In this document: positions 38,060-50,541 of the stretch, piece after piece
How the letters are laid out: every line of letters begins with the position of its first letter
Numbering within the stretch: the stretch's first letter is position 1
Assembly (NCBI GenBank): GCA_031414535.1
Contig: JANNVQ010000014.1
Coordinates: 32,001-96,000, forward strand
Reading direction: 5' to 3'
Length of the DNA: 64,000 nt
DNA from: Gemmatimonas sp.
Lineage (GTDB): Bacteria > Gemmatimonadota > Gemmatimonadetes > Gemmatimonadales > Gemmatimonadaceae
The notes under the pieces: generated by a model
The model's input: only the letters and a program-made list of their open reading frames with translations
What the model was told of the DNA's origin: nothing
The model's database searches: none
Program-made: the position numbers and the translations under genes

Positions 38060-40534
38060 ATGACCACGATTTTGCCTGAGCAAGCTTTGGCGGCTGATTC
38101 CGCCGAGGCCGACGCCGTCGCATCGTTCCGCACCGCCATCCTCGACAAGCTCGTCACGTCGGTGGGCAAAGACGCGCCGCACGCGCGGCCGCGCGACTGG
38201 CTGGTTGCGACGTCATTGGCGGCTCGCGATCACGTCATTCACAATTGGATGGACGCCACGCGCCGTACCTATGCGTCCAACGCCAAGCGAGTCTATTACT
38301 TCTCGCTGGAGTTCCTCATTGGCCGCATGCTCGGCGACGCCCTCAACAACATGGGCCTCACCGAAGTGGCGCGTCAGGCGCTCGCGGAACTTGGACAGGA
38401 CCTCGATACCATCCGTGAGATTGAACCGGATCCTGCGCTTGGCAACGGCGGACTCGGACGCCTCGCCGCCTGCTTTATGGAAAGCATGGCCACGTTGGGC
38501 ATCCCTGCCTACGGCTACGGTATCCGTTACGCGCACGGCATCTTTCGCCAGCAGCTGCGCGATGGCTGGCAGGTAGAGTTGCCGGAGGATTGGCTGACGG
38601 GCGGAAACCCTTGGGAGTTTGAGCGGCCAGAGGTGGCATACACGGTGGGCTTTGGGGGCTCCGTCGAGCAGGTAGTGGATGAGATGGGCCACACCCGTGC
38701 CGTCTGGAAGCCAGCCGATCAAGTGAAGGCCTTGGCCTACGACACACCGATTACGGGTTGGCGCGGCGCGCACGTCAATACGCTGCGCCTCTGGCGTGCC
38801 CGCGCGATGGATCCGATTCAACTCGAGGATTTCAATCGCGGCGATCACGTGGGCGCGCTCGCGGACCGCATGCGCCTCGAAGCGATTTCGCGGGTGCTCT
38901 ACCCCAGCGACGAGACCGCCGCGGGGCAGGAGCTACGCCTGCGGCAAGAGATGTTCTTCGCCAGCGCCTCATTGCAGGATTTGCTGCGCCGGCATAAGCG
39001 CCAGCACGGCACGCTCAACACCCTGCCCGACCACGTCGCCATTCAGCTCAACGATACGCACCCGGTAATTGCCATCCCGGAGTTGATGCGCCTGCTGATG
39101 GACGAGCATGGCATGCCTTGGGAGCGGGCGTGGGAGATTGTGCGCTCGGTGTTCAACTACACCAACCACACACTGCTCCCAGAGGCCCTGGAGAAGTGGT
39201 CGGTGTCGCTGATGGAAAGTTTGCTGCCGCGTCACATGCAGATCATCTATCTCATCAACGCTGAGCACCTCGACGCGCTGCGCATGCGTGGCGGTATCCC
39301 GGCGGCTCAGCTCTCCACGGTATCCTTGATTGAGGAGAACGGTTCGCGCTCGGTGCGGATGGGCAACTTGGCCTTCCTCGCCGCCCGCCGAGTGAACGGC
39401 GTGTCAGCGCTGCACACCGATCTGATGAAGCGCACGGTGTTCGCCGATTATCACGCGCTCTACCCCGAGCGCATCTGCAACAAAACGAACGGCATCACCT
39501 TCCGTCGCTGGTTGATGGAAGCCAACCCAGAATTGACACGGCTCATCTCCGACGCCATCGGTCCGAAGTTCAAGGACGACTTTGAGCGCTTACGGGACCT
39601 TGAACCATTCGCCGACGATGCCGCATTCCGCGAGCGCTTCATTGCCATGCGACTACGCAAGAAGCAGGCCCTCGCGAGCAAGATTATGTCTGAGCTCGGC
39701 GTGCGCGTGGATCCCGAGGCGATGTTCGATGTGCAGATCAAGCGCATCCACGAATACAAGCGTCAGCTGCTCAACATCCTTGAGACCGTCGCCATCTACA
39801 ACGCCATGCGCGCGCGGCCGCACGAGGATTGGGTGCCGCGGGTTCGCGTACTCGCCGGCAAGGCGGCGGCGGGCTACCACACGGCCAAGCTCATCATCAA
39901 GCTCGCCAACGACGTAGCCAAGGTCATCAATCGCGACCCCGTCATCCGCGACCGCTTGAAGCTGGTGTTCATGCCGAACTACAACGTGAGCCTCGCCGAG
40001 CGCATCATCCCGGCGGCGGACCTCTCTGAGCAAATTTCTACGGCCGGCATGGAAGCCTCGGGCACAGGCAACATGAAGTTCGCGCTCAATGGTGCGCTGA
40101 CCATTGGCACGCTCGACGGCGCGAACATCGAGATCCGCGAGCACGTGGGTGAGGAGAACATCTTCATCTTCGGCTTGCTGGCCGACGAAGTGACGGAGCG
40201 CCGGAAAAAGGGATTGGATATGGAGGAGACGATTGCCGCATCGTCTTCACTGGCGCAGGCGCTTCAGGACCTTGAGCAAGGCGTGTTCTCGCCCGACGAC
40301 CGCAATCGGTATCGCGGACTCGTCCAGCAACTGCGGCATCACGATCACTTCTTGGTCTGCGCGGATTTTGATTCGTATCACGGCCGCCAGTACGAGGTGG
40401 CGCGGGAGTGGCAGCAGCCGGCCAAGTGGTGGCGGAAGGCCGTGCTAAACACCTCGCGCATGGCTTGGTTCTCCTCCGATCGCACCATCCGCGAGTATGC
40501 CGCGGAGATCTGGCGTGTCGAAGCCGTCCGATAG
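38060..40534 (+). CDS. glgP: Glycogen/maltodextrin phosphorylase
   Basis: [45 protein letters not shown] motif [20 protein letters not shown]. Confidence 0.97.
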   Translation: MTTILPEQALAADSAEADAVASFRTAILDKLVTSVGKDAPHARPRDWLVATSLAARDHVIHNWMDATRRTYASNAKRVYYFSLEFLIGRMLGDALNNMGLTEVARQALAELGQDLDTIREIEPDPALGNGGLGRLAACFMESMATLGIPAYGYGIRYAHGIFRQQLRDGWQVELPEDWLTGGNPWEFERPEVAYTVGFGGSVEQVVDEMGHTRAVWKPADQVKALAYDTPITGWRGAHVNTLRLWRARAMDPIQLEDFNRGDHVGALADRMRLEAISRVLYPSDETAAGQELRLRQEMFFASASLQDLLRRHKRQHGTLNTLPDHVAIQLNDTHPVIAIPELMRLLMDEHGMPWERAWEIVRSVFNYTNHTLLPEALEKWSVSLMESLLPRHMQIIYLINAEHLDALRMRGGIPAAQLSTVSLIEENGSRSVRMGNLAFLAARRVNGVSALHTDLMKRTVFADYHALYPERICNKTNGITFRRWLMEANPELTRLISDAIGPKFKDDFERLRDLEPFADDAAFRERFIAMRLRKKQALASKIMSELGVRVDPEAMFDVQIKRIHEYKRQLLNILETVAIYNAMRARPHEDWVPRVRVLAGKAAAGYHTAKLIIKLANDVAKVINRDPVIRDRLKLVFMPNYNVSLAERIIPAADLSEQISTAGMEASGTGNMKFALNGALTIGTLDGANIEIREHVGEENIFIFGLLADEVTERRKKGLDMEETIAASSSLAQALQDLEQGVFSPDDRNRYRGLVQQLRHHDHFLVCADFDSYHGRQYEVAREWQQPAKWWRKAVLNTSRMAWFSSDRTIREYAAEIWRVEAVR

Positions 40535-42914
40535 GGACGACGCGCCGAAGAAGAAGACGGCTGCCAAGCAAAAGGCAGCCGTGACGACAAGTGCGGCTAA
40601 GAAGGCTCCGGCTAAGAAGGCTCCGGCTAAGAAGGCTCCGGCTAAGAAAGCTCCGGCTAAGAAAGCTCCGGTCAAGAAGGCTTCGGCTAAGAAGTCGGCG
40701 TTAAAGTTGCGCGCCGCCGCAACGCCAGACACTCCAGCGTCCTCGCTCGATTCTGCCGCAGTCGCCGCCCTGATTGCGGGCAGGCACGCCGATCCCTTCT
40801 CCGTGCTCGGCATTCATATAGAACAGGGCGCCACTGTGCTGCGCGCCTTCGTGCCTGGCGCAGAAGGGCTTGAGGCCATCGACGCGCTCGGCAATGTGCT
40901 CGCGCGTCTGACACGCGTTCACGCCGAAGGACTCTTCGAGGGCCCAATCGAAGGGCGGCCCGCATACCGCTTGCTCGCGCGCCGCGACGCAGAATCGTGG
41001 TCGCTCGGCGACCCCTACGCGTTCGGGCCCGTGCTGGGCCCAATGGATGACTGGCTCATCGGCGAGGGCACGCACGCGCAGCTCTACGATCGGCTTGGCG
41101 CGCATTGCATGGAGCACGAGGGCGTGCGCGGCACCCACTTTGCCGTCTGGGCGCCAAACGCCCAGCGGGTCTCCGTACTCGGTGACTTCAACCAGTGGGA
41201 TGGTCGGCGTCACTCCATGCGCCTGCGGCACAGCACCGGTGTGTGGGAGATCTTCGTTCCCGATGTTGGTGAGGCCGCGCTCTACAAGTACGAACTCATC
41301 GGACCCGATGGCTCACTGCTACCCTTGAAGGCAGATCCCGTTGGGTTTGCCGCAGAGCTGCGGCCCAACACCGCATCCGTCGTGCGCGACCTGTCTCGCA
41401 TCCGCTGGAATGACGCAGCGTGGATGCAGGAGCGCGGCGAGGGCGAGCAACGCCGAAAGCCGATGAGCACCTACGAGGTGCACCTCGGCTCTTGGCGCCG
41501 AGGAGAGGGCGAACGCTGGCTTAGCTACGATGAGCTGGCCGACCAGTTGATTCCTTACGCGACGGAGATGGGCTTCACGCATCTCGAGTTGATGCCGGTG
41601 AGCGAGCATCCGTTTGATGGCAGTTGGGGCTATCAACCGGTTGGGCTCTTTGCGCCTACGTCCCGCTTTGGTGATCCCGAGGCATTCGCACGCTTCGTAG
41701 ACCGCTGCCACGTGGCGGGCCTGGGCGTGATCATTGACTGGGTGCCGGCACACTTCCCCTCGGACGCGCACGGCCTGGCTCGCTTTGATGGTACCGCGCT
41801 TTACGAGCACGAGGATCCGCGGCTCGGCTTCCATCCCGACTGGAACACGCTGATCTACAATTTTGGCCGGCGTGAGGTGAGCAACTTCCTTATCGCCAAC
41901 GCGCTATTCTGGCTCGAGGTTTATCACATTGACGGCCTGCGTGTAGACGCCGTGGCCTCAATGCTCTACCTGGACTACTCGCGGAAGGAAGGCGAGTGGA
42001 TTCCCAACCAGCTGGGCGGTCGCGAGAATCTTGAGGCGGTGGATTTCCTACAACGCCTGAACGAGACGGTCTACGCTCGCGTACCCGGTGCCATCACGCT
42101 GGCTGAGGAGAGCACGGCGTGGAGCGGCGTCTCGCACCCCACGGACGCGGGTGGACTCGGGTTCGGGTTCAAGTGGAACATGGGGTGGATGCACGACACC
42201 CTAGAGTACATGCAGGAGGAGCCGGTCCACAGGCGCTGGCACCACGACAAGATGACCTTCGGCTTGGTGTACGCGTTCACGGAGAACTTCGTCCTGCCGC
42301 TTTCGCACGACGAAGTCGTGCACGGCAAGGGCTCACTGCTCGACCGGATGCCGGGCGACGCTTGGCAGAAGTTTGCGCAGCTCCGCGCGTACTACGGCTT
42401 TATGTGGGCGCATCCGGGCAAGAAGCTGCTGTTCATGGGTTGCGAGTTCGCGCAGGGCAAGGAATGGAACGTCGGCCACTCGCTGGACTGGCATCTGCTC
42501 GACATTGACCTACACCGAGGCGTGCAAGCGGTGGTGCGCGACTGCAATCACGGCCTGCGCGAGCACGCTGCGCTGTATGCGCGCGACTGCGAGGGCGAAG
42601 GCTTCCGGTGGATTGATGTGGATGACCGTGACAACTCCGTATTCGCGTGGCTGCGTTTCGGCGGCGATGGCACGCCGCCCCTAGCCTGCGTAACGAACAT
42701 GACACCCGTGCCGCGCGAGGGATATCGCATTGGCCTGCCGCGCACGGGTCGCTGGCGTGAAGTGCTCAACACCGATTCTGCCATCTACGGTGGCTCCAAT
42801 CTCGGAAACGGCGGCGCCATCCTCGCCGAGCCGAGGGCGAGCCACGGATTTGACGCCTCGGCTTCGCTCTTGCTCCCGCCCTTGTCCACGCTGTGGTTCG
42901 TTCACGAAGGCTAA
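40497..42914 (+). CDS. glgB: 1,4-alpha-glucan branching enzyme with N-terminal AKKAP-repeat extension
   Basis: [61 protein letters not shown]; alternative start GTG 40581 still includes the repeats. Confidence 0.96.
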   Translation: MPRRSGVSKPSDRDDAPKKKTAAKQKAAVTTSAAKKAPAKKAPAKKAPAKKAPAKKAPVKKASAKKSALKLRAAATPDTPASSLDSAAVAALIAGRHADPFSVLGIHIEQGATVLRAFVPGAEGLEAIDALGNVLARLTRVHAEGLFEGPIEGRPAYRLLARRDAESWSLGDPYAFGPVLGPMDDWLIGEGTHAQLYDRLGAHCMEHEGVRGTHFAVWAPNAQRVSVLGDFNQWDGRRHSMRLRHSTGVWEIFVPDVGEAALYKYELIGPDGSLLPLKADPVGFAAELRPNTASVVRDLSRIRWNDAAWMQERGEGEQRRKPMSTYEVHLGSWRRGEGERWLSYDELADQLIPYATEMGFTHLELMPVSEHPFDGSWGYQPVGLFAPTSRFGDPEAFARFVDRCHVAGLGVIIDWVPAHFPSDAHGLARFDGTALYEHEDPRLGFHPDWNTLIYNFGRREVSNFLIANALFWLEVYHIDGLRVDAVASMLYLDYSRKEGEWIPNQLGGRENLEAVDFLQRLNETVYARVPGAITLAEESTAWSGVSHPTDAGGLGFGFKWNMGWMHDTLEYMQEEPVHRRWHHDKMTFGLVYAFTENFVLPLSHDEVVHGKGSLLDRMPGDAWQKFAQLRAYYGFMWAHPGKKLLFMGCEFAQGKEWNVGHSLDWHLLDIDLHRGVQAVVRDCNHGLREHAALYARDCEGEGFRWIDVDDRDNSVFAWLRFGGDGTPPLACVTNMTPVPREGYRIGLPRTGRWREVLNTDSAIYGGSNLGNGGAILAEPRASHGFDASASLLLPPLSTLWFVHEG
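40596..40700 (+). repeat. 15-bp coding tandem repeat GCTAAGAARGCTCCG x5 plus 2 degenerate units (AKKAP)n
   Basis: Units begin at 40596, 40611, 40626, 40641, 40656, 40671 and 40686. Confidence 0.95.
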
Positions 42915-42932
42915 TCCACGTGAGGCTGCACG

Positions 42933-44201
42933 ATGACTGACCGCCTGACCTATTCCTCGCCGGTCTCGCGCTCCACAATGGCGTACGTGTTGGCGGGAGG
43001 CCGAGGCTCGCGCCTGATGGAGCTCACGGACCGTCGGGCAAAGCCCGCTGTGTACTTCGGCGGCAAGTCGCGCATCGTGGACTTTGCGCTCTCCAACGCG
43101 CTCAACACCGGCATTCGCCGCCTCGCCGTGGCCACGCAGTACAAGGCGCACTCGCTCATTCGCCATCTGCAGCGCGGCTGGAGCTTTTTGCGTGTGGAGC
43201 GCAACGAGAGCTTTGATATCCTACCGGCCTCGCAGCGCATCTCCGAGGACAAGTGGTACTTGGGTACGGCCGATGCTGTGTACCAGAACATCGACATCAT
43301 TGATGGCTATGGTCCGGAGTACCTGCTCATCCTCGCGGGTGACCACGTGTACAAGATGGACTATGAGCGCATGCTCGTTCAGCACGTGAACAGCGGCGCA
43401 GACGTGACGGTGGCCTGCGTAGAAGTGCCGGTTGCCGAGGCATCGGGATTCGGCGTGATGCACGTGGGCGAGAACGATCGTATCGTGGACTTCTTGGAAA
43501 AGCCGGCGAATCCGCCGGAGATGCCGGGCCGGCCGGGTTGGGTGCTGGCCTCAATGGGCATCTATGTGTTCCGTCGCGATTTCCTGCACGAGCAGCTGGA
43601 GCGCGATGCGGCAGATCCCACATCCTCGCGTGACTTCGGCAAGGACATCATCCCGTACTTGGTGAAGAACGCCAAGGCCGTAGCGCATCGCTTCAATGAG
43701 TCGAGCGTGCGCGGACAGTCCGAGCGCGGCGACTACTGGCGGGACGTCGGCACGCTCGACGCATACTGGCAGGCGAACATTGACCTGACGGACATCGTGC
43801 CGGATCTCGACATCTACGATCACGACTGGCCCATCTGGACCTACGGAGAGATCGTGCCGCCGGCCAAGTTCGTGCACGATGTACCGGACCGGCGTGGCGA
43901 AGCGGTGTCCTCGCTAGTGTCAGGTGGCTGCATTGTCTCGGGCAGCTTCGTACGCCGTTCCCTCCTCTTCACTGGAGTGCTCGCGCACTCGTATTCAAAG
44001 GTGGACGCGAGCGTGATCCTTCCCTACGTACACATCGGCCGCCACGCGCGGCTGAGCAACGTGATCGTGGACAAGGGCGTGCGTATTCCTGAAGGCCTCG
44101 TGATTGGCGAGGATCCTGAGCTCGACGCGCAGCGCTTCCGGCGCACGGAGAAGGGCATCTGCCTCGTCACGCAACCTATGATTGACCGGCTCGGGGCGTG
44201 A
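42933..44201 (+). CDS. glgC: Glucose-1-phosphate adenylyltransferase
   Basis: [65 protein letters not shown]. Confidence 0.97.
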   Translation: MTDRLTYSSPVSRSTMAYVLAGGRGSRLMELTDRRAKPAVYFGGKSRIVDFALSNALNTGIRRLAVATQYKAHSLIRHLQRGWSFLRVERNESFDILPASQRISEDKWYLGTADAVYQNIDIIDGYGPEYLLILAGDHVYKMDYERMLVQHVNSGADVTVACVEVPVAEASGFGVMHVGENDRIVDFLEKPANPPEMPGRPGWVLASMGIYVFRRDFLHEQLERDAADPTSSRDFGKDIIPYLVKNAKAVAHRFNESSVRGQSERGDYWRDVGTLDAYWQANIDLTDIVPDLDIYDHDWPIWTYGEIVPPAKFVHDVPDRRGEAVSSLVSGGCIVSGSFVRRSLLFTGVLAHSYSKVDASVILPYVHIGRHARLSNVIVDKGVRIPEGLVIGEDPELDAQRFRRTEKGICLVTQPMIDRLGA

Positions 44202-45646
44202 GCGCCAAGCCTCTACACGTACTCTCCGTCGCCTCGGAGTGTTTCCCGCTGGTGAAGACAGGCGGACTTGCCGATGTGGTGGGCGCATTGCCTCAGGCTT
44301 TAGCCGCGGAGGATATCGCAGTCGAGACTCTGCTGCCGGGCTATCCTGCCGTACTTGAGGCCTTGCACGGCGCGCCGGTTCTGCAGCGGTACGAGAACTT
44401 GATGGGCGGGCCGGCACAGCTACGTGCCGGAGTTGCAGCAGGACTGGCGCTCTACGTGCTCGATGCGCCGCACTTGTTTGCACGACCAGGAAATCCATAC
44501 GTGGACGCAGACGGCCAAGATTGGCCAGACAATGCCCTGCGCTTTGGGGCACTCGCGCGCGCTGCCGCTGACCTTGCTCGTGGCGTTCCGCGCGCCCCAC
44601 GACCAGACGTGGTCCACGCGCACGATTGGCAAGCGGGACTCGTGCCCGCCTACCTGCGCTACACGCCCGGCGCGCGCGTCCCCACGGTGATGACCGTGCA
44701 CAACCTCGCCTTTCAGGGACGTTTTCCGGCGGAGTCTCTTGCTCCTCTTGGGCTGCCCGAGGACGCCTTCCAAATGAATGGCGTGGAGTACTACGGCGGC
44801 GTGGGCTTCCTGAAGGCAGGACTCGCTCTGTCGGATCGCGTCACGACCGTCTCGCCCACCTATGCCGCTGAGATCTGCACCAGCGAACACGGAATGGGGC
44901 TGGATGGTCTGTTGCGCCAGCGCGGTGGGGATTGGCACGGCATTCTCAACGGACTCGATGTGCGCGTATGGGACCCCGCCACCGACGAGCACATCGCACA
45001 GCGCTACGATGCAAAACGGCTTGGACAGCGCGCGGTGAACAAGGCAGTCCTTCAGCAAAAACTCGGCCTCGCTCTAGAGCCACGCACGGTGCTCTACGGC
45101 GTCGTGAGTCGCCTCACGTGGCAGAAGGGTATGGACCTCCTGCTCTCGGTGTTGCCAGAGTTGGTGGCTGGAGGCGCGCAGTTGGCGCTGCTAGGGGCAG
45201 GCGATGCGGCACTCGAAGCAGGTTTCGCCGATGCGGCGGCAACCTATCCTGGCCGAGTGGGCATATTGCGCGGATACGACGAGTCGTTGGCGCACAACAT
45301 TCAAGCCGGCTGCGACGCCTTGCTTGTGCCTTCTCGCTTTGAGCCCTGCGGCCTCACGCAATTGCAAGCATTGCGCTACGGCGCCATTCCAGTGGTGGCA
45401 AGGACCGGTGGGCTCGCAGACACCGTGGTTGACGCCAACGAGATGGCTCTGGCCTCACGCGCGGGTACCGGCATCGTATTCTCGCCCGTTACACGTGACG
45501 CACTGTTGCATGCCCTCGGCCGCACGCAGGCACTCTACGCTCAAGCCTCCCTCTGGCGAGCCATGCAGCGCCGTGCGATGGCCACGGATGTCAGCTGGGC
45601 CCGGCCGGCCGCTCGCTACGCAGCGCTCTATCGCGAAATCGCGTGA
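44198..45646 (+). CDS. glgA: Glycogen synthase (ADP-glucose)
   Basis: [49 protein letters not shown]. Confidence 0.97.
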   Translation: MSAKPLHVLSVASECFPLVKTGGLADVVGALPQALAAEDIAVETLLPGYPAVLEALHGAPVLQRYENLMGGPAQLRAGVAAGLALYVLDAPHLFARPGNPYVDADGQDWPDNALRFGALARAAADLARGVPRAPRPDVVHAHDWQAGLVPAYLRYTPGARVPTVMTVHNLAFQGRFPAESLAPLGLPEDAFQMNGVEYYGGVGFLKAGLALSDRVTTVSPTYAAEICTSEHGMGLDGLLRQRGGDWHGILNGLDVRVWDPATDEHIAQRYDAKRLGQRAVNKAVLQQKLGLALEPRTVLYGVVSRLTWQKGMDLLLSVLPELVAGGAQLALLGAGDAALEAGFADAAATYPGRVGILRGYDESLAHNIQAGCDALLVPSRFEPCGLTQLQALRYGAIPVVARTGGLADTVVDANEMALASRAGTGIVFSPVTRDALLHALGRTQALYAQASLWRAMQRRAMATDVSWARPAARYAALYREIA

Positions 45647-48600
45647 CGGGAGTGCAGGCGCAGGCCGGATTCCCGGCGCCCTTAGGCGTGACCCTGCAGG
45701 ACGACGGCGTAAACGTCGCCGTGTTCTCGCGCTACGCAACACAACTTGATTTCTGTGTTTTCGACGAGACCGGCGCGCGTGAAGTCGCGCGCATCCCGCT
45801 GCCCGAGCGCACGGGCGATGTGTGGCACGGCTTCGTTCCAGGCATTCGCGCGGGAGCACGCTACGGACTGCGCGCTCACGGCGAGTGGAGCCCGCGAGAC
45901 GGGCATCGCTTCAATGCGGACAAGCTGCTGATTGATCCGTATGCGCGAGCGCTCGACCGCCGCATCGCGCTGCACGAGGCGATGTTCACCCAAACTCCCT
46001 CTGGGACGATGAATCCCGAGGACTCAGCCGGCGTGGTGCCCAAAGCCATCGTACTGGGAGCCTCGCCGGCATGGGAGCCTCAGCGTCCGCGCCGCCCGTG
46101 GAGCGAAAGCGTCGTGTACGAAATGCACGTGCGTGGCTTCACCAAACAGCATCCCGATGTTCCGCTTCCGCTACGCGGCACCTTGGCAGGACTCGCACAT
46201 CCGGCGGCTCTTGATCACCTCGTGAAGCTGGGCATCACGGCCGTTGAGCTACTGCCCATCGCCGCTGCCGTGGACGAGCGCCACCTGATGAAGCTTGGCC
46301 TCCGGAACTACTGGGGCTACAACACCATCGGCTGGATGGTACCTGATCCTGCTCTCGCGCCCGGCGGCATCGCCGAGGTCCGGCAGTGTGTAGAGTCGCT
46401 GCACGCGGCAGGCATCGAAGTGCTCCTCGACGTTGTGCTGAATCATTCGGGCGAGAGCGATGCGATGGGCCCCACGCTATCACTGCGCGGCCTCGACAAC
46501 GCTAGCTACTACCGCCTCGTGCCCGGGCACGCGGAGCGCGACATCAATGATACGGGCACGGGCAACACGCTCGCGCTCGATCGCGCCCCCGTAACGAAGC
46601 TTGCGCTCGATACCCTGCGCTACTGGGCCAGCGCCGCGGGCGTGGATGGGTTCCGCTATGACCTCGCCACCACGCTTGCGCGCCGCGAGAGTGGATTCGA
46701 TGCGTCGGCACCGCTGCTCGCGGCCATTGATGCTGATCCACTACTCCGCACGCTCAAGCACATCGCCGAACCCTGGGATATTGGGCCGGGTGGATATCAA
46801 CTCGGCGCATTCCCTGCAGCCTGGGGCGAGTGGAACGACAAATTCCGCGATTGCGTACGTCGCTATTGGCAGGGCTTCGGCGATGCACCGGCTGAGCTCG
46901 CAACACGATTAGCTGGCTCACCCGATGTGCTACGTGGACGAGGGCGGCCGCCTTCGCGCTCCGTAAACTTCGTGACTGCGCACGATGGCTTCACCCTCGC
47001 CGACCTCGTGAGCTATGCGCACAAGCACAATGAGGCCAACGGCGAGCACAACCGCGACGGCACCGACGCCAACCATTCGTGGAATCACGGCGTGGAAGGC
47101 CCCACGGACGATCCGCGAATCGTCGAGGCGCGCCGGCGAGATGCCCGCGCATTGCTCGCCACACTGCTCTCAGCCCGCGGAACGCCCATGCTCTGCATGG
47201 GCGACGAGATGGGACGTAGCCAGCGCGGCAACAACAATGCGTATGCGCAGGATAATGAGATTGCTTGGGTGGACTGGGGCTCGACGGATCGCGCCCAGCT
47301 CGCCTTTACCACGCGTATGCTCGCGCTTCGTCAGCGCCACAGCGCCCTCCGCGAAGACCGTTGGCTGACCGGCGGACCGCGCTCAGGCGGTGCGACTCCC
47401 GACGTGCGTTGGCTGCGCGCCGACGGCCAGCTGGCCTCCGGTTTGGATTGGGGCTCGGGACGGATGAGCGTACTCGTGGCCTTACTTTCGGACTCGGTCG
47501 AGCTTCGTGTGGCGGTGTGCCTCAACCCCACGAATGACGCTGTAGTGCTCCGTCTCCCTGCCGCCGCCGAGGGTCGGCACTGGGTCTGCGCCCTGGATAC
47601 CGCAGCCGATCCCCTGCTCTTCTCCGAGTGGACCGTAGATAATCCACAGACCCTAAACCTCCCCGGGCGAGCCGTGCTGGTGTTCGCCGAGACGTCTTCG
47701 CTTGATGGTGGGGTAGCGCAAGACGCCAGTCTGCACCAGCGTTCAACATCTATGACGTTTCCACGCACGGCAGGACTGCTCCTGCATCCCACATCGCTTC
47801 CCGGCGCCGGCGGCATTGGTGACCTCGGTCCCGAAGCGCACAACTTCGTTGAGTTCATGGCCGCCGCTGGCATCAAGCTGTGGCAGGTGCTGCCGCTTGG
47901 TCCCACTGGATACGGCGACTCACCATACCAATGCTTCTCCGCCTTCGCGGGCAATCCAATGCTGGTGCACGTGCCCGGCGCTGACGGAGACTTTGACGCG
48001 AAGCAGATTGAATGGGCCCGCGTCATTCCGCATAAGCGTTCAGCGCTCCGCCGCGCGACTGCCGCGATGTCCAGAGATGCCGCGTACGCACTGTTCTTGA
48101 GTGAGCAGGCTTGGTGGCTCGAGGATTATGCGCTCTTCATGGCCCTCAAGGAGGCCCACGGCGGCGTGGAGTGGACGCGCTGGGATGAAGGGGCCCGACG
48201 TCGTGATCCAGCGGCGCTCGCGCAATGGCGCGAGCGTCTCGCCGAGGACATCGAGCACCATCGGCGCGTGCAACACCTGTTTTTCCAACAGTGGCGGAGC
48301 GTGAAGGCGCACTGCGCCGAGAAGGGCATCAAGATCATGGGTGACCTGCCCATCTATGTATCGCATGATTCGGCAGACGTGTGGGCAGCACCGCAGTATT
48401 TCATGCTGCGTGACGATGGACGTCCCACAGTGCAGGCCGGCGTGCCGCCAGACTACTTTAGCGCCACCGGTCAGCTCTGGGGTAATCCCATCTATAACTG
48501 GGACGCCATGCAGGCAGATGGGTTTCAGTGGTGGATCCGTCGCACGCGCGCGATGTTTACGATGGTCGATGTGGTGCGCGTAGACCACTTCCGCGGCTTT

Positions 48601-49218
48601 GCCGCGTACTGGGAAGTGCCGGGCGAGGACAACACCGCCATCAACGGACGCTGGGTGAACGCGCCGGGTGACGCGCTGTTCTCGGCCATCACCGAGGCCT
48701 TGGGCCCGCTGCCGATTGTCGCGGAGAATCTTGGCCTGATTACGGAAGAGGTCGAGTCGCTGCGTGCGAAGTTTGGCTATCCCGGGATGAGCATTCTGCA
48801 GTTCGCCTTTGGCGCCGACGGCTCGGCGAATGATTTTCAACCGCACACGTATCCACGCGAGCGCGTGGTGTACACCGGCACGCACGACAACGATACGGTG
48901 GTAGGCTGGTGGAACTCTGTTCCTGGCGCGGACTCCACGCGTACGCAGGCAATGATTGACGCAGAGAAGGCCTTTGCTTGCCGCTATCTCGGCACTGATG
49001 GCCGCGAGATTCATTGGACAATGATTCGGGCGGCGCTCGCGTCGGTGGCCGACACGGCGATTCTCCCGATGCAGGATTTGCTGGGCCTCGGGAACGAGGC
49101 GAGGATGAACCTTCCGGGCCGTCAGGCCGGCAACTGGGGGTTCCGCTTCACCTGGGACGAAGTCCGCACGGAGACTGTGCGTCGGCTGCGTGAGATGGTT
49201 GACCTTTATCAGCGATAG
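45643..49218 (+). CDS. glgX-malQ: In-frame fusion of glycogen debranching enzyme GlgX (45643-~47690) and 4-alpha-glucanotransferase MalQ (from ATG 47752)
   Basis: Glg[44 protein letters not shown]. MalQ/GH77: [56 protein letters not shown]. Confidence 0.93.
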   Translation: MTGVQAQAGFPAPLGVTLQDDGVNVAVFSRYATQLDFCVFDETGAREVARIPLPERTGDVWHGFVPGIRAGARYGLRAHGEWSPRDGHRFNADKLLIDPYARALDRRIALHEAMFTQTPSGTMNPEDSAGVVPKAIVLGASPAWEPQRPRRPWSESVVYEMHVRGFTKQHPDVPLPLRGTLAGLAHPAALDHLVKLGITAVELLPIAAAVDERHLMKLGLRNYWGYNTIGWMVPDPALAPGGIAEVRQCVESLHAAGIEVLLDVVLNHSGESDAMGPTLSLRGLDNASYYRLVPGHAERDINDTGTGNTLALDRAPVTKLALDTLRYWASAAGVDGFRYDLATTLARRESGFDASAPLLAAIDADPLLRTLKHIAEPWDIGPGGYQLGAFPAAWGEWNDKFRDCVRRYWQGFGDAPAELATRLAGSPDVLRGRGRPPSRSVNFVTAHDGFTLADLVSYAHKHNEANGEHNRDGTDANHSWNHGVEGPTDDPRIVEARRRDARALLATLLSARGTPMLCMGDEMGRSQRGNNNAYAQDNEIAWVDWGSTDRAQLAFTTRMLALRQRHSALREDRWLTGGPRSGGATPDVRWLRADGQLASGLDWGSGRMSVLVALLSDSVELRVAVCLNPTNDAVVLRLPAAAEGRHWVCALDTAADPLLFSEWTVDNPQTLNLPGRAVLVFAETSSLDGGVAQDASLHQRSTSMTFPRTAGLLLHPTSLPGAGGIGDLGPEAHNFVEFMAAAGIKLWQVLPLGPTGYGDSPYQCFSAFAGNPMLVHVPGADGDFDAKQIEWARVIPHKRSALRRATAAMSRDAAYALFLSEQAWWLEDYALFMALKEAHGGVEWTRWDEGARRRDPAALAQWRERLAEDIEHHRRVQHLFFQQWRSVKAHCAEKGIKIMGDLPIYVSHDSADVWAAPQYFMLRDDGRPTVQAGVPPDYFSATGQLWGNPIYNWDAMQADGFQWWIRRTRAMFTMVDVVRVDHFRGFAAYWEVPGEDNTAINGRWVNAPGDALFSAITEALGPLPIVAENLGLITEEVESLRAKFGYPGMSILQFAFGADGSANDFQPHTYPRERVVYTGTHDNDTVVGWWNSVPGADSTRTQAMIDAEKAFACRYLGTDGREIHWTMIRAALASVADTAILPMQDLLGLGNEARMNLPGRQAGNWGFRFTWDEVRTETVRRLREMVDLYQR

Positions 49219-49227
49219 CGAGGCATC

Positions 49228-50541
49228 ATGGCGGTAGCTCAACAGACTCCGACCAAGTTCTCCAGCATTTGGAATATGAGCTTTGGTTTCCTCGGCATTC
49301 AGTTTGGCTGGGGACTGCAGATGGCCAATATGAGCGCCATCTACGAATACCTGGGCGCAGAGCCTGATCAGATTCCGCTGCTCTGGCTCGCAGCACCACT
49401 CACAGGACTGATTGTTCAGCCCATTGTCGGACACCTGAGCGACAACACTTGGTCGCCACGCTTCGGTCGGCGACGCCCCTATTTTTTGATCGGCGCAGTG
49501 CTGGCGTCCTTGGCACTCATTGCGATGCCGAACTCCAGTTCGCTCTGGATGGCAGCTGGCCTGCTCTGGATTCTCGATGCCAGCATCAATATTTCGATGG
49601 AGCCGTTTCGTGCATTCGTGAGTGACCTGCTGCCGCCCAAGGAGCGCACGCGTGGCTTCGCCATGCAGAGCTTCTTCATTGGATTGGGTGCGGTCATCGC
49701 ATCGGCGATGCCTTGGATGCTCACCAATTGGTTTGGCGTTGTGAGCGATGGCAGTTCGGCGATCCCGCTCGCCGTGAAGCTCTCGTTCTACGTGGGCTCG
49801 GCCGCCTTCTTCGGTGCCGTGCTTTACACGGTGCTGACCACACCTGAGAAGCCCCCCGTTGATATGGCGGCATTCGAGGCCAAGCGGAAGGCTGGTGCTG
49901 GTGTTGGCAACGTCACGCGCGAGATTATCTACGCCATCACACATATGCCGAACACGATGCGGCAGTTAGCAGTGATGCAGGTGTTCACCTGGCTTGGCCT
50001 GTTCTGTATGTGGCTGTACTTCGGCGTTGCCGTGGCCACGGGAGTATTTGGCGCGACTGACCCCAGTGATCCGCGCTACCAGCAAGGCATCGAGTGGGCT
50101 GGCCTCTGCTTTGGCGCCTACTCGCTGGTGACTTTCCTGTTTGCCTTCACCTTGCCGCCGATTGCCAAGAAGGCCGGACGCAAGGGGACACACGCACTCT
50201 GCCTACTCGCCGGCGCGGCGGGGTTGTTTAGCGTGCAGTATGTCACCGAACCCAAGATGCTCCTGCTCTCAATGGTGGGCGTGGGCATTGCCTGGGCCAG
50301 CACGCTCTCGATGCCGTACTCGATTCTCGCCGGCTCGATTCCCGAGGGGAAGACGGGTATCTACATGGGCATCTTTAATTTCTTCATTGTGATTCCCGAG
50401 ATTGTCGCCGCGGTTGGTTTTGGCTGGGTGATGAACACCCTACTCGATAACAATCGCATGGCTGCCGTGACCACTGGCGGTGTGTGCCTCGCGATTGCGG
50501 CGCTGCTGGCGCTGCGCGTCACCGAGCCCAAGGAGGCCTGA
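49228..50541 (+). CDS. MFS maltose/maltodextrin transporter (SLC45-like)
   Basis: IWNMSFGFLGIQFGWGLQ, GRRRPYFL, SINISMEPFRA, MGIFNFFIVIPEI. Confidence 0.88.
   Translation: MAVAQQTPTKFSSIWNMSFGFLGIQFGWGLQMANMSAIYEYLGAEPDQIPLLWLAAPLTGLIVQPIVGHLSDNTWSPRFGRRRPYFLIGAVLASLALIAMPNSSSLWMAAGLLWILDASINISMEPFRAFVSDLLPPKERTRGFAMQSFFIGLGAVIASAMPWMLTNWFGVVSDGSSAIPLAVKLSFYVGSAAFFGAVLYTVLTTPEKPPVDMAAFEAKRKAGAGVGNVTREIIYAITHMPNTMRQLAVMQVFTWLGLFCMWLYFGVAVATGVFGATDPSDPRYQQGIEWAGLCFGAYSLVTFLFAFTLPPIAKKAGRKGTHALCLLAGAAGLFSVQYVTEPKMLLLSMVGVGIAWASTLSMPYSILAGSIPEGKTGIYMGIFNFFIVIPEIVAAVGFGWVMNTLLDNNRMAAVTTGGVCLAIAALLALRVTEPKEA

Noticed and set aside
40596..40700. Tandem repeats here and at 104-157 as a possible CRISPR array
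   Set aside because: Units are contiguous with no spacers, lengths are multiples of 3 within coding frames, and there are no cas genes
48040..49944. 634-aa minus-strand ORF, and similar long antisense ORFs such as 1747-2793, 8981-10069 and 28372-29469
   Set aside because: Fully antisense to well-supported genes; expected in high-GC DNA; no recognisable motifs
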